The notes below the pieces were generated by a model. That model was not told where the DNA came from. It worked only from the letters and a program-made list of their open reading frames with translations, and ran no database searches. Below are positions 58,140 to 64,000 of a DNA stretch of 64,000 nt, piece after piece. The translations under genes were made by a program, and so were the position numbers. The stretch covers positions 1 to 64,000 of the forward strand of contig CBDDUX010000063.1 of NCBI GenBank assembly GCA_965234725.1, read 5' to 3'. Source of the stretch: Thermoplasmatota archaeon (GTDB lineage Archaea > Thermoplasmatota > Penumbrarchaeia > Penumbrarchaeales > Penumbrarchaeaceae). Each line of letters starts with the position of its first letter. Position 1 is the first letter of the stretch.

Positions 58140-59090
58140 ATGGAAGAAGACGACAGGATCTATGATGTGATCGTCATTGGAGGAGGACCAGCCGGTACCT
58201 CCGCTGCTATTTATACCTCGAGAGGAAAGTTGGATACGATCGTTATCGATAAGGACATCGGACAGGGAGCCATGGGTGGAGACCACCTTGTTGCCAACTA
58301 TCCTGGATTCCCTGAGCCAATGAAGGCCGAGGAGATCCTCAAGAAGATGAGAGAGCAAGCTGAGAACCTGGGAACGGAGTTCTTACAGGACAAGATCATC
58401 TATACGGATTTCAGGAAGGAAATGAAGGAGATCTCCACGCCATCCAGGAAGATCAAGGGAAGGACCATCGTACTTGCTACGGGTTCAATGGGAAGGGAAC
58501 CTTCTATTGAAGGAGAAGGGATGTTCATTGGAAGAGGGGTTGCATACTGTGCAATCTGTGACGGAGCTTATTTCGAGGGGAAAAGCGTAGCTGTGATAGG
58601 TCAGGTGGACAGGGTCCTGGAAGAGCTGGAAATGATCGAGAAATATGCCAGTAAGATATATTTCCTGTCTCCAACGGGAAAGATATCCGATAAGGACCTC
58701 CATAAGCTATCAGGTATCAAGGGTCTTTCAACACTTCCGGGACATAAGATCAAAAAGATACTCGGATCAATGAAGTTCGAGGGCCTTTTACTTCAGGGTC
58801 CTGACGGGGAAGAGAGACTGGAGGTGGATGGGGTCTTCGTATATCTTCAGGGGAATAATCCGGTTACCGATTACCTTGTAGATACTGTCGAAAAAGGTGA
58901 CAATGGCTGCCTCAAGGTTGATGAGATATCGATGGAGACCTCCATACCCGGGATCTATGCTGTAGGAGATATCAGATGCAAACCGCATAGACAGATATCC
59001 ATCGCTGTCTCAGATGGATGCAGGGCTGCCCTTTCTGCTGACAGATTCATAAAAGGAAAGGAAAAAGCAGGTTCCCAGTGGGGGACCTGA
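58140..59090 (+). CDS. trxB: Thioredoxin reductase-like flavoprotein
   Basis: GGGPAG, NYPGF, ATG, GVAYCAICDG, YAVGD; NADPH-binding motifs degenerate. Confidence 0.88.
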   Translation: MEEDDRIYDVIVIGGGPAGTSAAIYTSRGKLDTIVIDKDIGQGAMGGDHLVANYPGFPEPMKAEEILKKMREQAENLGTEFLQDKIIYTDFRKEMKEISTPSRKIKGRTIVLATGSMGREPSIEGEGMFIGRGVAYCAICDGAYFEGKSVAVIGQVDRVLEELEMIEKYASKIYFLSPTGKISDKDLHKLSGIKGLSTLPGHKIKKILGSMKFEGLLLQGPDGEERLEVDGVFVYLQGNNPVTDYLVDTVEKGDNGCLKVDEISMETSIPGIYAVGDIRCKPHRQISIAVSDGCRAALSADRFIKGKEKAGSQWGT

Positions 59091-59180
59091 TATCGATAAA
59101 GAGCCCACATAACTGTACTTGCACCAATAACAATTAAAAAGGGAAAGGACCCTGATTGATAATAGCGGGGGTAATTCCTA

Positions 59181-62100
59181 TTGAGAGGAATAGTTGTAAT
59201 GGTCCTTGTGTTCTTACTCTCATTTCCAATCAATATTGTATCCGGAGAAGATGAAGGCCGGGAGAGGGTCATTCAAGAATTTTCAGAAAGTCCTCCGATA
59301 GGATCCTTTCCGCCAACCACTATTGACGGTGATGATCAACTTGCCACCTTCATAAGCAATAATAATTTCACAGGGAATGGGACGGAGGAGGACCCTTTCA
59401 TTATTGGTGATCGAACCTTTGATGTCACTAATTCCAGCTTTGGCCTTTACATCTCAAACATTACTACCTTCTGTTTTAGAATTATTGATTGTTCATTTGA
59501 AAATAATGATCCAAACAATCTATCGATTTTACCAACAGGACTGATAATCAAAAAATGCAAGAACATCAATATCAACAATTGTTCTTTCAGGGGAAATGAG
59601 AATGGGTTATTAGAAGACATGAACTCAAATATAAAGATAATAAACTCCACATTCGAAGATCTATCTGGACATGGTATCTTGGGTTTTTCTGGAACCAAAG
59701 GTATTGATTTCGATGGTTGTTCATTTACCAACTGCCTAAATGGGATCAATATGACCGTATCCAAGTTCAATATCAGAAACTCCACTTTTAGGAATAACAG
59801 GGAATACGGAATATTTTCCAGATCGATCCTTAGAGATTCAACGGTATTTGATTCTATTTTCCTGGAAAATGAAATTGGGATCGAGATCATTGATCATACA
59901 TACTTTGAAGCAAAATGCAGAATTAGTAACAATTTATTCGCCTTTAATAACGGATACGGAATTTATTCCATAGAAGATTCAAGGATTTTCAATAACACGT
60001 TCATCGAAAACAATAACCAGTCCGGACAGCTAATGAATGGATCTTCACAAGCATTGGGATTCTATGATTCCCCTTATTGGGAATTCAAAGGAAGAGGCAA
60101 CTTCTGGTCCGATCATAACCTAACCGATTCGAATTACGATGGTGAAACGGATAATCGCTACCGTCTTGATGATATCTATTCAACGAGTTACGATGAACAT
60201 CCTCTCTCATATGTCCCTCAAATAGGTATCCCGGATTTCAGGATATTTACTGGTAACTCTGAGGTAGAGATCGAGATAATAAATTGGACTGAATTCAATT
60301 TCTTTGATCATATAGGATTCAGAATTTACAGGTCAGAGGACCTCATCAACTGGACACATGTAACTGACCTCCCCCTCCCCATTACAGAATACACGGACAA
60401 GACCGTTTGGAACGATCACACCTACTATTACAAAGTGACATGCCTCGGGAAGCTTCAAGGTTACGACTGGGTCGGGGAGGGGTTCAGAGGTCCTATCCTG
60501 AACGAGACGCCGAATGGGAAAGCATCCGAGATCACATTCCTTTTCCCGGTCCATGGGATGGTATACGGTGTGGAAGATATTCTGGTCACATGGACGGTCG
60601 TGGATGACCAGGACCGCCTTGAAAGCGTAGAGATCAGTGTCAATGGATTAGATTGGCAGCCCTATTACAATAATTCTTTTCTTATGAAAGGCCTTACGAA
60701 CGGGACCTATTCTTTTGGAATAAAGGCCCGGGATGAAGCAGGCAATACCGCAGAGAAATTCATTTCTTTCACCATTGATATGGATGATCCCATAGTGGAG
60801 ATCCTCAATCCGCTTCCCGGGTCCTACATCACCGAGACACCCTTCAAGATCGAATGGAGGATCTTTGACCCCACTACAGAGATCATGGGGATGAGCCTTA
60901 TCGTTGACGGATCAAGCGTATCCGTTGATCTCGGAGATGAAAGCCTGACATTGGACTTGAAAGACGGCAGCCATAGAATAAATCTTGAAGCATGGGATAT
61001 TAACTTAAGGAGAAGTGGGGCATATTCGAATTTCATCGTTGATACCGTTCCACCGATGATCAATATCATCTCCCCGAAATGGAATGAAGTTGCAGGACCA
61101 GGATCCCTTGATCTGGAATACGAGGTATCTGATATTACATCAGGTGTGGATTATGTGCTTTACAGGATCGATAATGGGAACTGGCACCAGGCAAAGAGCG
61201 AGACCGAGATCGATACTTCCAAATTGAACCATGGAGAGCACAAACTGGAGCTCCTTGCGGAGGATATTGCAGGGAACATCGGATATGACCACATCAGATT
61301 CATGATCGACAGGAGATCGCCTTCAATCACAATATACCATCCAGTTAATGGTTCCAGGATTAACAGATTGATAGATATCAGAATGGATTGGGAAGCCGAA
61401 GATAAGGAGAGTGGATTGGACCTTTTAAGGATCGATTTCGATAATACCAGCAACCACATGATCATCGAGGACCCCGAAATAGGTCATTGCTTCCTCTATT
61501 TCTCCGAAGCAGGCCCTCATACTATCAAGGTGACCCTCTTTGACCTTGCAGGTAACAGTGATACCGAGTTGATCGATATCTTCATCGATATTACAGCACC
61601 ATTCATCAGAAGTGTCAATCCCCATGGAAATGATGTTCCCACATCATCATACTTCACCATCCTGTTCAGTGAATTGATGGATGAGACCAGGACTGTAATC
61701 TCGATCTCCGGTGTCAACAGCCATGGTTACTTCACAGGACCTATGTACAATTTGTTTCCAGATGGTGACCTTGAAACGGACACAAGATACACTCTGCTTG
61801 TCAGGGGATACGACCTTGCAGGGAATGAATTGACCCTGCAGGAGGTCTCCTTCACCACATGGAAAAAAGGTACTGTTCACGGAACTGTCAGAGAAAAGGA
61901 TGGTGATCCGATACCCCATGTTTTTGTGAATGTGACCGGGGAGGAGCTGGAGATGGAAACCGATCTTGGGGGTAATTTCCAATTCGATCTGGTTCCAGGA
62001 TCATATGAGATCAGGTTCTTCCTGACGGATTACAAGTCATACAAGATAGAAGTGAACGTTGAACCAGATGGGGATACTATCATGGGGGATATCCTGCTGG

Positions 62101-62351
62101 AAAGGATAGGTTCATCAGATGAAAATACGAAAGGATCGGATGGTAGATGGATAGTCCTGTTCCTCCTTCTGGTGATCGGAGGTCTTCTGTCAACTGGCAC
62201 TTTCTTGTTCTTCTACATCAACAAGGGAAAGGATGAATCAGTTGAATTGGAGAGCAAAGAAGATGATTACCTCGTTCAAAGAGGAGATGATCCGGATGAA
62301 TACATCAAGCACGAGGGTAATATCGAAGAGGCTAAAAGGGACCTATGGTGA
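59181..62351 (+). CDS. Surface protein: parallel beta-helix (NosD-like), FN3, Ig-like repeats, carboxypeptidase-regulatory-like domain, TM
   Basis: GNGTEEDPFII, NNxxGI repeats, GNFWSD, DxAGN...DxxxP repeats, C-terminal TM. Confidence 0.85.
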   Translation: MRGIVVMVLVFLLSFPINIVSGEDEGRERVIQEFSESPPIGSFPPTTIDGDDQLATFISNNNFTGNGTEEDPFIIGDRTFDVTNSSFGLYISNITTFCFRIIDCSFENNDPNNLSILPTGLIIKKCKNININNCSFRGNENGLLEDMNSNIKIINSTFEDLSGHGILGFSGTKGIDFDGCSFTNCLNGINMTVSKFNIRNSTFRNNREYGIFSRSILRDSTVFDSIFLENEIGIEIIDHTYFEAKCRISNNLFAFNNGYGIYSIEDSRIFNNTFIENNNQSGQLMNGSSQALGFYDSPYWEFKGRGNFWSDHNLTDSNYDGETDNRYRLDDIYSTSYDEHPLSYVPQIGIPDFRIFTGNSEVEIEIINWTEFNFFDHIGFRIYRSEDLINWTHVTDLPLPITEYTDKTVWNDHTYYYKVTCLGKLQGYDWVGEGFRGPILNETPNGKASEITFLFPVHGMVYGVEDILVTWTVVDDQDRLESVEISVNGLDWQPYYNNSFLMKGLTNGTYSFGIKARDEAGNTAEKFISFTIDMDDPIVEILNPLPGSYITETPFKIEWRIFDPTTEIMGMSLIVDGSSVSVDLGDESLTLDLKDGSHRINLEAWDINLRRSGAYSNFIVDTVPPMINIISPKWNEVAGPGSLDLEYEVSDITSGVDYVLYRIDNGNWHQAKSETEIDTSKLNHGEHKLELLAEDIAGNIGYDHIRFMIDRRSPSITIYHPVNGSRINRLIDIRMDWEAEDKESGLDLLRIDFDNTSNHMIIEDPEIGHCFLYFSEAGPHTIKVTLFDLAGNSDTELIDIFIDITAPFIRSVNPHGNDVPTSSYFTILFSELMDETRTVISISGVNSHGYFTGPMYNLFPDGDLETDTRYTLLVRGYDLAGNELTLQEVSFTTWKKGTVHGTVREKDGDPIPHVFVNVTGEELEMETDLGGNFQFDLVPGSYEIRFFLTDYKSYKIEVNVEPDGDTIMGDILLERIGSSDENTKGSDGRWIVLFLLLVIGGLLSTGTFLFFYINKGKDESVELESKEDDYLVQRGDDPDEYIKHEGNIEEAKRDLW

Positions 62352-62353
62352 GA

Positions 62354-63028
62354 TCACTCGTATTCCACATACATATCAGTAATGAGGACCGTATTGACGG
62401 GCCTGTCATTTGAATCTGTCTGGGTCTCAGCGATCCTGTCTACTACATCCATTCCACTTACAACCATTCCGAATACGGTATGTTCACCATCGAGATGGTG
62501 TGGTTCATTCTGACCCTCACCCTGGACAATGAAGAACTGGGACCCTGACATCCTGGTCTCTCCACCTCTCTTTGCCATGGAAATCGCTCCCCTGACATGG
62601 GTCAGACCGTTATCGGTCTCAGGTTCAATGGTGTAACCTGGTCCGCCTGTTCCATCACCGTTTGGGTCACCGCCCTGTAACATGAAATCCGGGATGACCC
62701 TGTGGAATGTGAGTCCATCATAGAAACCCTGCTTACAGAGTTTCTCCATATTGGCACATGTGATTGGGGCCTTGTCCTCGTTCAGCGCTATTTTGATGGT
62801 ACCATATCCGCTGACCTTGATATAGAGGAAGGGATCACCCTGGTCTACGATCTGTTCATCCAGGAACCTTCCGTTATCATCCGGGAGGTCCTCTGTAGTG
62901 AAGATGAAGAAATTGGCGAATACAAGACCCAATACAAGGATCAGTATCGCTCCTCCAAGGATCATCAGTGGTATCAGATCGTTGCCACCTTGTCGGTCCT
63001 TCAAGATCATTCTCTTCATTATAATCAC
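62354..63028 (-). CDS. Membrane-anchored cyclophilin PPIase
   Basis: [38 protein letters not shown]-terminal TM. Confidence 0.93.
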   Translation of the reverse strand: MIIMKRMILKDRQGGNDLIPLMILGGAILILVLGLVFANFFIFTTEDLPDDNGRFLDEQIVDQGDPFLYIKVSGYGTIKIALNEDKAPITCANMEKLCKQGFYDGLTFHRVIPDFMLQGGDPNGDGTGGPGYTIEPETDNGLTHVRGAISMAKRGGETRMSGSQFFIVQGEGQNEPHHLDGEHTVFGMVVSGMDVVDRIAETQTDSNDRPVNTVLITDMYVEYE

Positions 63029-63936
63029 CTCACGATAGAGTTCATTATCACCTTGAATACCAAGGTTCTTCCAGAGACCTCGCGGTTGAAATCAATTGTT
63101 ATGATCCCTCCCACGTTTGTGACGATCCCTGTTGGTGGTTCCTGTCCCTGATTGGCCTCAGTAGCCTTCTTGGCCCATACCGGGTCAAGGAACATGATAT
63201 CCGGGAATAATACCGGTTGGGTAGTATCTATCCCATTGATATCGTGTGAAAGTGTTATCACATTCCTGGAACTGGATATATCAGAAACGGTCACATTCCA
63301 GTTGAACTTCCCATAGACACCCTCATAAGCAGGCTGGTTAAGGATAGTAACGGTATCAGGGTCCTGCTCGATTATCTTGACTTCCCAGTCCCAGAAGGGA
63401 TGCATGAAGGATTCCTGAGAAGCAGGATCGATATTTGGGAAGCGAACCTTGAATTCATCTGCAGGGATATCCTCTCTTAAGGGAATAGAGGTCTTTGAAG
63501 ATATGTTGATTTTGAGCTCAGGAAGAACATCACCGTATCCTTCTTTGGGTGGAACTGTTATGTATTTGATGGATCCCACTGTCATCCCGAGGACACCTTC
63601 ATCAAATCCCTTGATCATCTGGCCGGAACCGATCGTGAATGTGAGATCATCATATGTGTCCCTGACCGTGAAAGCAGAAGCCTTGGGAATGGACTCGTTA
63701 CGGGCATCTTCTGGTATTGTTGTATCGAACAATGCCCCTAACTCTCCCCCGGAACCTAGGAAACGACCGGTATAATCAACGGATACCTCATCGCCTTCCT
63801 TGGCCAAAAGTATCTCATCTTCCTTCTTGTCGTTTGATTCGCGCTCATCCCACCAGGTAAGGAAGGCAAGCCCACCAACCATGAATAGAGCAACGACAAC
63901 GGCCCCGATGCAGAGAGTTTCATCTTTCATTTTCAA
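63025..63936 (-). CDS. Membrane-anchored FKBP-type PPIase with large flap insertion
   Basis: [33 protein letters not shown] ... [15 protein letters not shown]-terminal TM. Confidence 0.88.
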   Translation of the reverse strand: MKMKDETLCIGAVVVALFMVGGLAFLTWWDERESNDKKEDEILLAKEGDEVSVDYTGRFLGSGGELGALFDTTIPEDARNESIPKASAFTVRDTYDDLTFTIGSGQMIKGFDEGVLGMTVGSIKYITVPPKEGYGDVLPELKINISSKTSIPLREDIPADEFKVRFPNIDPASQESFMHPFWDWEVKIIEQDPDTVTILNQPAYEGVYGKFNWNVTVSDISSSRNVITLSHDINGIDTTQPVLFPDIMFLDPVWAKKATEANQGQEPPTGIVTNVGGIITIDFNREVSGRTLVFKVIMNSIVR

Positions 63937-64000
63937 ACACCTTGAATTGAGCGAGGTTCAGGGATATAACCATACCTCGTCTATCTTCTCCATGTCCATT

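Noticed and set aside
63940..64000. Partial gene at the right edge
   Set aside because: Too short to fix a frame or product.

Overview
Archaeal chromosomal segment: it carries TFS, a TBP-fold protein, Trm1, a DRG GTPase, GGTGA-type RBSs and TATA boxes. The gene content and the large Ca-binding surface proteins suggest Thermoplasmatota, which is an inference. Housekeeping and metabolic genes include pepF, form III RuBisCO, superoxide reductase, heliorhodopsin, pyrE, purD, class II RNR, Mrp, a TrxR-like protein and two PPIases. There is also an ArsR/ArsP-type cluster, an ABC exporter, six large secreted or membrane-anchored surface proteins and tRNA-Ser(CGA). Most notable non-routine signals: (1) a 3x136-bp hairpin-rich tandem array between the tRNA-Ser promoter and the tRNA, built from sense and antisense pieces of the tRNA 5' end plus C(GNA)G triloop hairpins; (2) a full bacterial-type PNPase under archaeal expression signals with a highly structured leader; (3) an unannotated multi-hairpin intergenic element at about 27.14-27.33 kb whose 3' part recurs, with compensatory changes, at bases 8-54; (4) a structured nrdJ leader; (5) a TBP paralogue with a degenerate DNA-binding face. 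All calls come from motif recognition by eye; no database searches or folding programs were run.
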